A stretch of DNA of 64,000 nucleotides from Mytilus californianus (lineage: Eukaryota). Under the pieces are notes generated by a model. It saw nothing but the letters and a program-made list of their open reading frames with translations. It was not told the DNA's origin and did no database searches. The DNA is taken from positions 98,394,001-98,458,000 of the forward strand of contig NW_026262701.1 in the NCBI RefSeq assembly GCF_021869535.1. Direction: 5' to 3'. The translations under genes and the position numbers were made by a program. Of the stretch, positions 13,201 to 27,168 are shown one piece after another. Every line of letters begins with the position of its first letter. Within the stretch, counting starts at the first letter, position 1.

Positions 13201-16200
13201 ATCTAATCACAAACTAATACATGTAAACTAAGCAAAAGTTTCAAAGTCAATAGACCATGACTGAGGGGTAAGGACCAAATATTCTCCATGGGAATGAAAT
13301 GTGAAAATGCTTATACAACTGCATACCAATTACCACTGACCTACTACAAATGGTTCCCCTTAAATTGACCTAATCACAAACTAATACATGTAAACTAAGC
13401 AAAAGTTTTGAAGTCAATAGACCATGACTGAGGGGGCAGAGCCAAATTATCTCCATGGGAATGAGATTAGCTAATGATAATACAACTGCATACCAAACAC
13501 CGTTGACCTACCACTAGTGGTTCACCTTAAACTAGACCTTATCACAAACTAATACACTGTTGACGCCGTCGTTACCGACGACATATGGAAACAGCATACC
13601 TATGTCTCACTTTTTGACTCTGTCAAGAGGAGACAACAATATATAAGTAACTAACATTAATGTAATGTTCAATTTACACACATCTTGAATTTTTGATCAG
13701 TTCAGTGTTTCAGAGACTTACAGTGTTTCATGTCAAATCAAAGTTGTTCGATTGAAAAAAGCATACATCTGAAACAACACACTAAATAACTGTTAAAGAG
13801 TTAAATGTTCTTGGACTTTTTTTGCTTAAAACTTTCATAATCATGAATATCAACACTGCTTTGAATAAGACTGAAACACTGAGTCAGATTTAATTTGCCA
13901 GTTCACCCATGTCAACCTACCCCAACACATTATTCTGACTCATTGCTGACCAGTATTTGCTCTTACTCCTAAATGCCCCATCAATTTTTTCACGTTTGAC
14001 CCAGAAGGGCATTGAACCCACACCCTCCAGCCCTCAGGGTTTGCATGCTAACAAAAGATCACCAAGGTGGTTAAGGATGCTATTACAAAAATCAGGAAAA
14101 TTCTGGTAATGTATAAACACTGTCCCCAAGTTGTCTCATATAACTTCCAGCTTTTTTTTTTGAATAAAAAATCAATGAAAAGCTTCCAAAATGTTTTCAT
14201 AATGTGTTCAAGTTTGCAAGTTTTTATTTGTGCATCATACAAGTAAAGTTTTAGTTGCAATACTAAAAGATCAGATAATTTACAATTCGTACCTGTTAAC
14301 AAATTTCTCATTAGCTTCCTTTAATATCTGGTTCTCCTTTTCTAAGCATGAAGTCTGTTCTTGAAGCTACAAGAGTAAAGATGAAAGATTTATCAGTAAT
14401 TGCAAAAAGTAAACAATCCTTTGATTTTTAGCAATTTGGGTTGGGTAACTAGCTAAATTACAATTCTTTTATTCAGATGTTAATATCAACCTCGATTTGA
14501 TTTAGATTATTACCAAAACTCACTTCATGCTGTGAGGTTAGTGGGACCCTGCCACTTATATCAGTTTTCATTTATTACAAATATAAGCTTATTATCAACG
14601 ATCAATACTTCACTTGATTGTCTCCCTTGTAAGCTAATTAACTTTTTCTATAAAAGATGTTTAGCAAGCAATTACAATCAATACTACCAGATTGTGCTGA
14701 AGTTCAGTAGCTCTGTTTTGAAATGCAATTCTAAGAGGAATATTTAGGTATACTTTCTGAAAAGGGATACCCTAGAAATTCCAACTGAAACTCATGTCAA
14801 GTTAGAAACAGCAATGACAGCAACACATCATGCACACTTTTCTAAGAAAGTGATAAAAGAAGGAGAAAGTAATTGAATACCCCATTGTAATACCTGTAAA
14901 AGCAAAATAAATAAAGGATAGTAATCTCAGACGGCAAGACAGTTCTAGGTCTAGATCAATAAATCACCTCATTAAGCTTTTGGTTATAATTTGAATCAAA
15001 CTTTAGTTGCTAATATGCATATCAAGTCAAACTCATCTCCATTAGTTTTTGGTGTTGAACTGTACCAAACTTTATTTCTTTCCATAAGGTAGGTTCTCAT
15101 GTCTATTAGTTTTTGGTGTTGAACTGTACCAAACTTTATTTCTTTCCATAAGGTAGGTTCTCATGTCTATTAGTTTTTGGTGTTGAACTGTACCAAACTT
15201 TATTTCTTTCCGTAAGGTAGGTTCTCACGTCTATTAGTTTTTGGTTATAAGTTGTACCAAATTTCAGTTAATTCTTCCTTTAGGTAAGTACTCACCTCTA
15301 TTAGTTTTCGGTTATTAGCTGTACCAAACTTCAGTTCATTTTGTAAGGTTAATACTCTATTTTGTTCTTCCTTCAGCTGCATGTTTAATCTTTCCATCTC
15401 CATTAACATGCTGTCATGGCCATGTTTTACTGTTGCCATGTTCTGTTAAAACATAATTTAATTCATTGTACTGTGAACAAATATCATTCCAAGGTCATCA
15501 AACTTTAAAAAGTATACATTTTGAAGGCACCTGCTTTAATCATATACAAAAAGTATAAATCAAAATCTTTATGAACCAATATACTTACAGATTCCAGGAG
15601 AGCATATTTTTCATTCAGTTCCATCAACCTAGTAGACTTTTCTTTGACTTCTCTCTGTACCTTTATCATATCTATATTCTCCTGAACTGTGAATCTGAAA
15701 TTCAATTATTTAATATTTGATATACTGTAGAAATAATTGATGTTTTGAGGCTACATATTTTAATGTTGTAAAATGTTTCACTACAAAACAACTAAATGTT
15801 AGTATCTTGTTGAATATCCCATGTAAATTTCAGGCAGATGTAACAAAATATGTGACACATTAATAAGATTTATACATTTTTTTGCATGTACATAAAAAAA
15901 ATATCAATTAAAAAATCTGCATTTTTGTGTTGGTTACTGTTGAACAAACTATTTCATAGTTTATATGTGATGTTACAAGTTTGTTTTTATCGTTTTAATT
16001 AGCTCCTCTTTCAATACATATTTAATAAATTCATAGTGAAATTTATGTTAAAACTTTTTATACTTTTTATATATTACCTATGCTCTGCTGTTATTTGTTG
16101 CTTAATCTTGACAAGATCCTCTTCATAGCCTGCCTCTTGTAACTTCATCTTAAAGAAAAGCAATGCATTATTATAAAGAATCATGCTTTTTTTAATATAT

Positions 16201-19200
16201 GAACCATCATAAGGAGAGCTATTTTCCTTCACTTTACCAACTATAGGAATTGTACCGATTTCTGTAATGATAAATAAGAGTTTTACAATTGAATGCCCAC
16301 ACATTATACACACAATTTGACCTCTGCCCTTCCAAAGCAGTTTGTTCAGTGAATATTCCTATAATTCTATGCTCAGTGGCTGCCTTGCAGATCTGAAAAT
16401 CACTGATACAGTACAACTAATCATAATACAGTTCCAGACCAAATATCAAATAATCTCTCAATACAGAAGCTTAGAATAATGTGACAAAACATTCCAAAAG
16501 TTCAGAAGGTTTCTTATTAAGATGTTGTCTTTTAAAACTAAGATACATTCAATAAAATGTTGGTGTTTCCTTTTCCCATAACACATGAACAGTTTATCCT
16601 AATCCCTGTTTTCCAACATACATTATCAACGCTGTATGCCTGACTATGCCATGTAATTAAGACCTACTCTTTGTTTGAATTCCTCCAGTTCTTGTTCACA
16701 TATTTCATTCTGTTCTTGTAATTGAGCAATGATATCATCCCTAAAATAGAAGAATGAAATATTCAAGTTTTTTATGACTTTGTAATATCTCTCCCTTTTC
16801 TCCAGTTTACATACTTTCACAAATTGAAATATAAGAATAGAAAGACATACACATTGTATGAAGCAATTTACCAAACATTGTTCAATTCCAACATAATCTA
16901 TAAGAGAATTTGAAAGCATAACTTTTGTGACAGACATATAATTTTGTAATTACAAAGGGCAACAAATCAAAAAAGTTTTAATCACCAAACTTGGATATGT
17001 AAAACTACATATGGTATGAAGCTGTTCAAGTTTTGTTCCATTCAAATGTTAATTATAATGACATTAATTAATGTGAACTTATCTTTTATGGATACTTTTT
17101 TTTTGTGTGATTGAGAGAAAATAAAAACTCATTTTATGGGAAATTCAAATTGCAGATTTGAAAATACTACTAAATAATGAGATGAAGAAATTTGTGGGTG
17201 TTCATAAAATGATGATGAAATACATAATATAAGTGGTTCTATAATAAAGTTTTGATACTTTTATGATGTGCTGCAAGTAAGAAGCACTGTTGATATCTTC
17301 ATTTAGGTTAATCTAAATCTTGATATTCTATAGGATATCAAATAATTGCAAAACTATTGAATGAGGATGACAGGTAATAAATGTAATGCAGAGTGTCAGA
17401 GGTTTAATATTGAATCAAAATACATTTTGTATGAGGTTGTTGTCATTGTAATCACATATACTGGAAGTCATAACTGCAATTTCTTTGTAATCTTTGACAA
17501 TTTAATTGAAGATTTTACATTTTTCATTTACAAAATCATCTACAAGAAAATAACTCATGAAGTATTAACCTAATCAAATTTGTGTCCATCATCAAAATTC
17601 AACTACCAACAAATATTGAATATGTTGAAAACATTTGCAAAACTACACATTTTTTTTCAAAATTTAACCTTTAAAAATGAAAATCAACTGGTTTTAGTTT
17701 AGACAACATTTAAATTCTTGGTTTGCTGGACCCCATAAAAACAATGAAAATTAAATGCCTCAAATAAAAAAAAGTTACAGTAATTAATAATAATGTTTAC
17801 AGTTACAATCAATTAACAAGAACATTAAATATGATAGCAATAACGCCATCTTGATAAGTTCTTACTTCTGACGATTATCTAGTCTGAGGTTATCCAACTG
17901 ATTATGTCCATATTTCTGGAATGTAGGACTAGAAACTGTCTTCCTGCAAAATAATAAAGATCAACAGTGATTACTTAATATCATCATTATTACTGTTTAT
18001 CAATAGAAATCTTAACTTTTTAAACGAATGAGCTGTGTCTGATACACCTTATCGCTATTTGTCCGCCTTTACTGGACATCACACAGGTTCCCGTAAAATT
18101 TTGACGTCATAATACAAAATATCTGACGCCACAAAGGAAAAGTGATTGTTGTATGACGTCAATAGTTCAAGCGGGACTGATTCTCGGGTTAGCCGGGAAT
18201 AGCGATAAGGTGTATAGAAATCCACCCTTATGCAAATGAATATCAATACATCTAATAACTTATTTCGGGTTGAAAAATCTATAGGCAAAGTCTGTTACTG
18301 TTTTAAAAATGAGTTGATATAAGAACCCTACAAAAAAGACCAAAATTCATCTTTTATTTCATATTTGAACTTTCCAAAATTAATCAAAGTCTTATACATG
18401 CACATGTATATGGGCATTTGCATATGGTCGATTTCTATCTGATGCAGCTCAAATAACGGAGACTGAAAGATTTTGAGGCAGAAATGAGTCAGCATTGCCT
18501 TTAAAGACAAATGTCCAATTCTTCCTGTTTGGTAAGAAGATTTTGTCAAGCAACATTTTCTATTAGATTATTTGGTGAGTTTTTTTAATAAGAATTTTAA
18601 CTTTCTACAATTTCGGCTGATTAAAAAAATTCTTACCTCTGCAGAATGATAAATTGAATCTTTGACATTATAGACAATGAAATCATGAAGATATAAGATG
18701 CAAAGTCTTGACTTATATCTGATAGGTATTGTTATAATCTATACATATTAATGACATCCTCATGCTATTGATATATAGGGCTATTCTAATCATTAAAACC
18801 AAAACATATTTCTAATATATTTTTTTCTATATATTAACAATTATTCCATCTATTTTTAATTTTCAACAAAGCATGTTTTAATGGGAATAGGAACATAAAT
18901 GCCCTAACTGTAATATTCTACAGGTAACAATCTATATATATTCAAAATTTCAATAAGAAAAACAGCAATATGTAAAACTGTACCCTAAAAATAACTAAAA
19001 TGTGAGTGAACTCAAGAAAGGATACCATGACAAACAATACTATGTTTAATTCAATTATCTCCCCTTTAACAAGTGGATCATATTATTTTATGCTCATCAT
19101 CATGTAGTGTTCTACAGCTGTATAAAGTTGCATCAATATTTTTCAAGCTGTTTAGTTGTGTTACAAGGCACATGGACAGACAGGGTGAATCATATATATT

Positions 19201-22200
19201 CCCAACACTTTGATTGTTGGGGATGTAAAAAACCATATGAAGCACATTATTCTACTTTTGTTTTAACAATAAAACTAGGTGATGCTTTGCTTATTAAATC
19301 TACAATAAAAATAAACAAAAAAGAAGTCTGTAAGATTTGATGTATTTTCCTTTACCTCTGATATTCTCAAGACACCTTTGATCTTATTTCAATTATGTTA
19401 TGGTTCCAACCAACTTTCAAAAATACATACCTGTGAGGGGCAGTTTCATAGGGACCAATAACTCTTCTGTTCTTGGCAATTCTTGTGTCTTCAGGGGGTG
19501 CATACTGTGTCTTAGCTATACCCTTAAATAAGACGAAAAAAAATCATAAAATACAATTTCTTGGTCTACCATTTTATGAATTATTAACCATTTTTCAGAT
19601 CCATGATAAACGTGTAAAAAGTGTGCGCTTAAAGTTTGAGAATATGCTCAATTCAATATTATCATTGATTTTTTAAAATATAAATAATTGCAGGAAATTA
19701 CAATTACATTTAATTAGGCTATGAATCATCACCAGGCGCTGCTAATTATGTGTTTTGGCATTTGTCATAAAAAAAAATATACATAAATTATATGACTTCA
19801 ACTAACGAAAGCTCCACTGGAGCTAATATGCTATTCTGTTGAGAGACCTCATTTTTTTAATTACCACAGGTCTATTTTATGTTAAATATTTACTGTATGG
19901 ATACTGGATTTTTATTTTTTTATCAATCTTGACTTAAAAATGCCTAAAATATTTGCCACTGGCAACAGAGTAACCAAAAGTATAAGTATACAATATGAAC
20001 ACAAGGTGTAGATCTTGTTACAAAAGTGCACAGTGAGTTCTTTGTGATTTACTAGGTGCAGTTTCACATGTGAAAAGTATAGAATTTGAATTATAAGTTT
20101 AAGACTTACTGTATTAATTCTAGATCCAACATGTGTATAATGTGAAGGTCTCTTACTGGCTGCTGATAATTGTTGTTTTGCCAACATCAACTGAAAAGGA
20201 ATAAATGTCATAATCATTTGCTTTTCACCTTTCAGATATAAAAATGACTATGAAAAATCTCATTCATGTCAGAAATTTGAATGCAACCTAAAACATGTAG
20301 ATATACAGAAGTGATTTTTCATTACTATTTCTATTTATTTTTTTATGTTATTATATTTGCCTACAAATGAGGAATATTTATAAGGCCAAACATAGAAAAT
20401 ATATGTGTTTGCTGTTTCCTCTATCCAAGGGTTCAGAGTTTAGGTAGGTAGGCAGGTAATTGAATGTTTTAAAATTTTCCAAGAAAATGATACTTTTGTC
20501 GACATTGCAGAAACAAATATGCAAGTGAAATAGTTTATGACTATCTGCTTTTCCTGCTGTTTCTGATCATTTGTCTTTTTTTGCTGTTGAATGAAGTAAT
20601 ATTTGAGGTTTGTTTGGGTGAACAATCCCCTGAAATTTACCTAGCTGACCCAGATCAAAACCTTTGACACAAAATTATTTTTTTGAAGAGGCAATAAAAT
20701 AACTATAATATCATCTTGAAATTCTGTAGTCAGGGTGAAACTCCTCATATCAAATTTACAAAAGCAAATTGTGAAAAAATATCAGTTTAACAAATTTAAC
20801 ATCTATATAACTTTAATGAGAGTTATTACTTTAGAAACTGATGTAGGTTTTCTATTGTTTAATGTCCTATGTTGTCTCTATAAAACACATTATTTATATC
20901 CTTACAGTTTCAATTGTTAAATTTTGCAAGATCGATAATTCTAGTTGAAGGAAATATAACTGCTACCATAGTCTCATAAGAGTTTATTTTTTATGGTTAT
21001 ATTACTTAATTCTTACTAGTGTTTCCTGCAGCTTTTGAAAAGGGCAGGGTAATTTTTTTCTCAGAGGGCACTCTTAATGCGATTGGTACACTTTAAGGGT
21101 ACCCTTTGCGAGGAGTACTACACTTTTAGGGCACTCTTTACATAGATATAAAGGCACTGTAATGGATAGGGATTTAATCGAATATACCATTGTTTCATAT
21201 TTATTGGTAAGAAATAAAGATGTGAATATTAGGTTGTTAATTTAATTCCGTTTTGTAATAAGATTATCACTTCTAGACTCAGCTAATAGAATTTTGATCA
21301 TGTTCATTGTGCAACTGCCTCATTTCAATCAATAACTCCAGTTATAAACTTTAATACTGGATCACTGAGATCGATTGTCTAAGGAAGTGTTGTGAAAGTG
21401 GACTTTGCATGACCAAGAGCATATGCAATGCATTGCTTTTTAGATGCACAAAAGAAGTGCCAAATACCTTTTTGTTCTCGCATGTTTATACCAATCAAAG
21501 CTACCTTGGCTCACAACTGTACAAATAGTTTAAGGATATTCAAAGATTTGTATAGCAAGACTTACTATACATAATGCAGATTTTCATCTTATTTTCCATC
21601 TGTTTTTTTTTTTTTTATTGAATTTGTACTATTCAAAACTATATCAGCTATATTCTTAACTTTAATTTTATTAAGATAACAACAGTATGAAAGCCGTTGT
21701 AAATTCACCCCAATCCGACGTCTCGATCGACCGAATAGTATAAATAGAAAATATAAACAAACATCGGATAATCAGTGGTATATGTTCATCCCATGCATCG
21801 TAAAATTATAACTCAAACGGTCGCCTGGTTCCCTTTTAAATTGTCTATATTTTAAATTCGTAGAGTTACAAATCTATGTTGTCCCTATTAGATTCAATCA
21901 TGAATCGTATTTGTACTCTGTTGCTTCAAAACTGTTCAAACATTACGAAATTCAATAAAATGTCGGCCATTAAAATTTAGATTTTCGTTCCAAGGGAAAT
22001 AACTCGAAATGGTCTTACTAAAAGATGAATTGCAGAACCGATATAAAATTACAGCGGGGCGTTCTAAAATACGACGGAAAAGGGGCATGGCACCATTTTT
22101 TTTCCTAAAAAGGACAGAGCGTCAAGAAAACACGACAGGGCGCCATAACACGCCAAAACATCCTGCAGGAAACACTACTTACTTTTTCATTCAGTTGATG

Positions 22201-24790
22201 ATTCTGTTTTTCTAATTTCATGATTCTTTCTTTGAATTCTTCCATCTTTTCTGCCACTTCTATATTCATTCCCGATGTTTTCCCTAAAGTTAAAACAATC
22301 AGATGTTTGTAGAATATATTTCATAACCTAATTGACGAAAGATAAATAAAACAGTTCAATATCTTAATAATGTCAATATCATCTGGATTTTTATGCTACA
22401 AAACCCAATATGAAAGTACCATATAGTTGGTGTATATGTTTAAAAGAGTATATTTATTTTTAATATCCTGTGTATGAGGCTTTGTATGGGGTCTTCATTT
22501 TTTCTTTTGCCAATTATCATCTTTTTTATCTCTATCAATTTATTTCTTTTGCCTATTTTTCTTTATTCTTTTTGTGGCTCATTGTTCTCTATTCTGTAAA
22601 CCCCATTCAGACCCTCATGTATACAGAAGGGAGTTGGTGTCAGTAGAAAAGCTACTGTTCCTACTTTGTTTCTTAAAACTTCTATAAGAAATGTGATATT
22701 CTTCTTTTCCCATTCTTTAACCAAAATTATGGAAATAAATCTAGCAAAATAACAACCACTTTTGAAAGTGGAAATCAGCAATTTTTAAAATCTCAAATCT
22801 GTAAATTGCAAATGATAATGTATGTCCAGGACCCGTCAAGTAGCAAGAAACTCCAGGACTTCAGTAAACATGAATGTCTACCTCCAACATGCTCTTTGTC
22901 TATATCCTTCTTCTTGTCATTTACCAATCGTAGCAATTTTGTGGCCATTCTGAAAGAGACAAATGAATTAATTAATAAGTTCATAATTGCATGTAGAGCA
23001 AGGTCATAATGTGAAAGAAAATTAAAAACCCAATTAAAAATACATAGAGGTACTGTGAGTAAAGCTCACAAAATGACCCTTGCAAAGTCCATTATATGCA
23101 AATGGAGACCCAAAAAATAATTTAGTTAAAAAAAACAAAATAGGAGGTGCATGAAAGCATTATATGGTTAAGATTCTGAGAATTTTCAATAAATTCTTAA
23201 AGGGATTTTGGAGAATTTACTGATACAAAATGGAAACCCCCTGATAAAGCTATTAATTGTGATGAGGAGACCAGGAGATGGAGATGACTGTAGTGTGCAG
23301 ATGACAATATTACTGTCATGCCATAAAAGACCCCCGAAATGATTCTGAAAAAGAAATGAAATAGAAGTACATCATGTGAGTCAGATAATATCAGTGTTCT
23401 CCCCAGATGTTACAGATACATATCAGTATATCAGTAACAGTATCATTGACTACAAAGAATTCTAGATAGCATCTTTTCTTAAAATTATAGCATCACATTA
23501 AAAAAGGATGATAAAAGGACCTTGGGAGAACACTGAGATTTTGTATAAGTTGTTTAAAATTATGTCCAGCCGTTCTGGAGCAGTTAGGGATATAAAAGTT
23601 GGATTGAAGGACAAACCAATGAGTGGAATAACTTCCACATCATATTATACTGCGGACATCAGAAAGAGGGTTATAATCATAATAAAATAGAACATAAGTC
23701 ACTATTTGCACTAATTATTTCTTACTTAACTAATTTGTAACTTACTTTTTAATTTTGTCTTCTTGTTTCCGTGCATGTTTCTTCAATATCAAGTTTTCTT
23801 CATAAATACGAAGATATTTGTCTTCCAGGGTATCCCGGTCCCATTTGGCAACCATTCTTCTTTGCTGTTCTGCTCCTTTAATTTATAAAGTATAACTTGT
23901 GATTCTGATATTTACAATATAATTTTACATGGCCTACTCTGAAAATTTTTTCTTTAATTTTCATGGACACCAATATTAACATTTGTAGTTGAAAACCCAA
24001 CAGACTACATTGTAGTATGTATAATAATTTGGAAGTTAAAAATCTTAACAAAAATGAAGGTTCAAACATCATGTGATCAAAAATAATTGTTTGTGGTCCC
24101 AACAAATGTCAAAGGGAAACAATTCTATGCATATTCAGCATAGAAAATTTACTTAACATAAATTTGTAGGATCTGAAATGTGGGTAAACCAGGAGAAGGG
24201 TTAGATAATTCTGTTAACCACTACAAAGCAAGGAGAAATAGGGTAATGTCAGGAAGTATGTACACTCAGAAGAGTAGATGCAGAAATGGAGCTCTAATGA
24301 TCCCTGTGATATATGTTTTGACAGTTTGCAGACCATGAAGAGTTCTTATTCAAAGTGTTATCATGGAAAGAATGTTGCATTCTCCCAACACATGTATTTG
24401 ATATTATAATATTCTCAATCTGACGGTGTGTAATGATATTTACTAAATCTGAATGGCCATATTTTCAAACCAACAAAAGAACATAAACCGAAAACTCTTT
24501 TTATTTGAAGTTATGAAATATATGCAATTTAAACCCGAGTTAATAAACAAAATTGTTGTCCAAATTTCTCAACAACAAAATTTTTCCAAACTGAGGTTAT
24601 ATACATGTACATGTATATATATTTTCTCTCCAAAGTAGACAGTGTTTCATCTATATGAATGTGTGATATGTCCAAATACACACACAAAAATGAGAAAAAG
24701 TAAAATTGTTAACAAATTTCATTGAACATTACCTGCATCATGCCTTCCTCCACCTGGATCTCTCACAGGAATCATATCTACATCTCCCAT
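1235..24790 (-). CDS. RPGRIP1L: RPGRIP1L / protein fantom homolog (coiled-coil + C2 domains), spliced, 3' end outside window
   Basis: 28 coding exons assembled by hand, all GT-AG with matching phases, 3100 nt: 24733-24790, 23746-23875, 22882-22949, 22183-22283, 20110-20190, 19431-19522, 17866-17943, 16668-16740, 16078-16148, 15589-15694, 15296-15442, 14293-14366, 12587-12726, 12002-12108, 11247-11364, 10338-10456, 9584-9685, 9371-9442, 8723-8803, 7624-7739, 6742-6811, 6308-6437, 5655-5749, 4127-4289, 3566-3720, 2583-2798, 1964-2176, 1235-1358. Peptides match human RPGRIP1L as recalled: [148 protein letters not shown]. Confidence 0.95.
2885..3225 (+). repeat. Two adjacent short copies of an abundant interspersed repeat ending cattggcaatcataccacatct
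   Basis: Same tail at ~30090-30135, ~32785-32985 and at the 3' end of the RT insertion (45330-45491). Confidence 0.75.
4767..4906. mobile_element. Fold-back (long hairpin) MITE
   Basis: ~62-bp imperfect inverted arms (gttatcttggtgtaa...catacaccc / gggtgtatg...ttacaccaagataac) around loop attcggctgcgcttca. Confidence 0.8.
5602..5669 (-). repeat. 22-bp x3 tandem repeat containing the RPGRIP1L exon-23 splice donor
   Basis: agttcttaccttgtagagtctg units; ctacaag|gtaaga junctions at 5655, 5633, 5611. Confidence 0.95.
7874..8734 (-). repeat. 41-bp minisatellite (~21 copies) with 4-unit higher-order structure, derived from the exon-19/intron junction
   Basis: Unit gacacatgaatctattccaacctaccttgtgtatatgttat; variant caaacttacc at 8181, 8345, 8509, 8673 (period 164). 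Confidence 0.95.
11022..11236 (+). mobile_element. 3'-terminal ~215-bp fragment of the Penelope-like family seen at 39069-39966
   Basis: Reverse complement of ~39069-39285 (ends gttgtctctttgacacattccccatttccattctcaattttat); another terminal scrap at ~51710-51775. Confidence 0.85.
12814..13638 (+). mobile_element. Pearl/DINE-1-like (HINE-type) element with ~167-bp x4 core repeat
   Basis: aagtcaat core at 12911, 13078, 13244, 13411; gacgccgtcgttaccgacgac microsatellite remnant; 3' end architecture resembles the element at 1-963. Confidence 0.65.
15041..15357 (-). repeat. 64-bp x4 intronic tandem repeat homologous to the 3' end of RPGRIP1L exon 11
   Basis: tgtaccaaa at 15061, 15125, 15189, 15253 and, inside the exon, 15320. 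Confidence 0.9.
18042..18215. mobile_element. MITE with perfect 18-bp inverted repeats
   Basis: atacaccttatcgctatt (18042-18059) and aatagcgataaggtgtat (18198-18215). Confidence 0.7.
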
Positions 24791-24967
24791 GATGCTCTAC
24801 CAGGGACTGAAAATTACATACAAAATATTAAATAATGTATGACACTCAAAGAAATGATAAAATAAGAAAGGATTCCATTTGAGGTGTGAAATGATTTACT
24901 TTGATTTCAAAATTCCCTCTCAAAGTCCAGACCGAAAAAATGGCTTCAGCTCATGATATGCTGGAAT

Positions 24968-27168
24968 TCTAGTCAAATCGGCACCTACTAGCATGACTAG
25001 TCAAATAAGTACCTGGTTAAATCGGCACCAGATGTAGTCATTTCGGCACCCATGTTAAATATGTTGAATATATTTTTTTTCTTCAGTAATTTAAGCAAAA
25101 AGATTAAAATAAAGAAGGTGTTGTCCAGAAATATTGACTTATTGACAAATTTTTTGGGGTTTCTGTATGTATTTTTTTGTTCAACTTAATGTGTTTTTTT
25201 GTTTTTTTTTACTTTTCAAGTCCCTAGCAATATGGCCATAGATTCCATATTTGATTCCACATTTGAATCATTTTGGATCTCTTAGCTGAACCTTGTATCC
25301 TACCAAATCCAGTTGACCTTGCAAGAGGATTTTACAGGGAATTGAAAAGTTGGAGAAAAAAGTTTTTTATCTTGCCATACTGTTGAAATTTTCTATAAAC
25401 TACATATGGTTTAATTTTGAAAGGCATTCCATATATCATAACACCTATGCATTCTCTTGTGTTTTTGCATTGCAAACATACAAAGGGACAGCTGCTTCAG
25501 CACACTCAAGACAGCTGTCCTCTGACATTGTGATAGTGAGGAAAGCTTTATTCTTTTATTGCTTCTAATTTTCTCATGATTAAACAACAGCTTGGGTAAT
25601 GGCTTCATTGTTTTTTATTTAAGTTCATGAAGAAAAAACATCAACATGTTAAGTATCTAATTGATAAAAGTTATTAATCAATTAATTTAAAAGAAAACTT
25701 ATCAAAACAGCAGTCATAGAATGTTGGGAAAACTTCAAACAATTAACTTATACATGTATATTCCAACTGCTTAATTATACAGTGTTCCCGCCTGCCCTAT
25801 ATAGAAGGGCGGCCCGCCCTTGGTGCCCTTACCCCCACCCTTCTGCCCTCAAAAAGTAAAAGAATGCACCCCTCTGCCTTTTCAAAAAAATAAAATTTCA
25901 AAATTTTATGCCTACCGGCCTTTCCAGTAAAATTGTTACCTGATTGTGTAACACTAATTAACTGACAATGGGATTAAGTTAAATACCTAATGCTTTGGCA
26001 GTTTTATCACCTTTGTTAATGATTGTTTACTGCTAATTAGTGGATTTAAGATAATTGAACAAATACTAGATATTTAATACAGAATGAAATGTCCACATGT
26101 TATCCATTTGTAATGTTTATGTACAGCATGTACACCTGAAAAAATTTATTTCAGAAGGCATAACATAAAAAATAAAATCTTAAACAATTTTAAATGCATA
26201 CATAGTTTTGACTGAATTGGTAAAAGATGTTTTGTTTCATAACCATGAGTATGAAATTTAAAGAGGAATCAAAGAAATTTGTACTTTGAACATAACAAGA
26301 TTCACTTCCTGTTTTAAATACTTCTTGTATTTTATAATCCTCCTGACATGGAGCACTCAACAAATTTATTTTAACAATGATGGAGAAAAAAGTAACTGTT
26401 TATACTTTCTGCAATATATTATTGCATCAATATAAATATGATCATCTCCTGTCTCACCTGTTATATTTATAAAACTCCTTACTGAGGAGCACTTTGGTGT
26501 GCACTTAAAAATACTTTTTTGTAACAATTTAAAAGATAATAAATAACTCTCAATAACATATATACTATATGTTTGAACAAGTAATTTAAATGTAGATAAT
26601 TTAATTACATTCAACATTCAATTTTGCATGTATAACTCCATCTTTCAAAACTACTTGTTTATTTTGGTATAAGTTATAAAACATTGAAATTTCTGATGAT
26701 TATTTTCCATACCAAATGTACAAGTTTGTTTAGATTAACATCAGAATGATATGCTTTGCTTCATGGTATGATAATTTGATGAAAAAAATTCTTACTGGAA
26801 CCAACATCAGGAACACATTAATTTCTGAATATGGTTTAAATACAACTAATGTTCTCCAGCTGAGCCTAGCAATATTCAAGGTAATTTATACACTGTCCAA
26901 CATTGCCCTTAAAATCTGGGTTATAACGCTAAAGTGCCCTTTCAGACAACTAGCACCCTTCTGCCCTGAGATTCAAGCTGGAACACTGTTATATGTGATG
27001 ATTTTTAACGAAAAATTTAGAACTATTTACATATTATATCAAATATTTATACATATTTAGAATTATTTATATATATTATATCAAATATTATTGGATGCCG
27101 AATTGACTTTAAATAGGTGCTGATTTAACCAGGTGCTGATTTGACTTTTTCTATGGGTGCCGATTTAT
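24968..27168. mobile_element. ~2.2-kb non-autonomous element with ~85-bp internally repetitive inverted termini, upstream of the first RPGRIP1L coding exon
   Basis: 24969-25052 (gtcaaatcggcacc x3) is the imperfect inverse of 27092-27168 (ggtgccgatt x3). Confidence 0.65.
25780..26988. mobile_element. Nested non-autonomous DNA transposon with CAG...CTG ends (hAT-like by terminal sequence)
   Basis: TIR cagtgttcccgc / gctggaacactg (11/12); subterminal gccct repeats at both ends; no clean 8-bp TSD seen. Confidence 0.55.
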
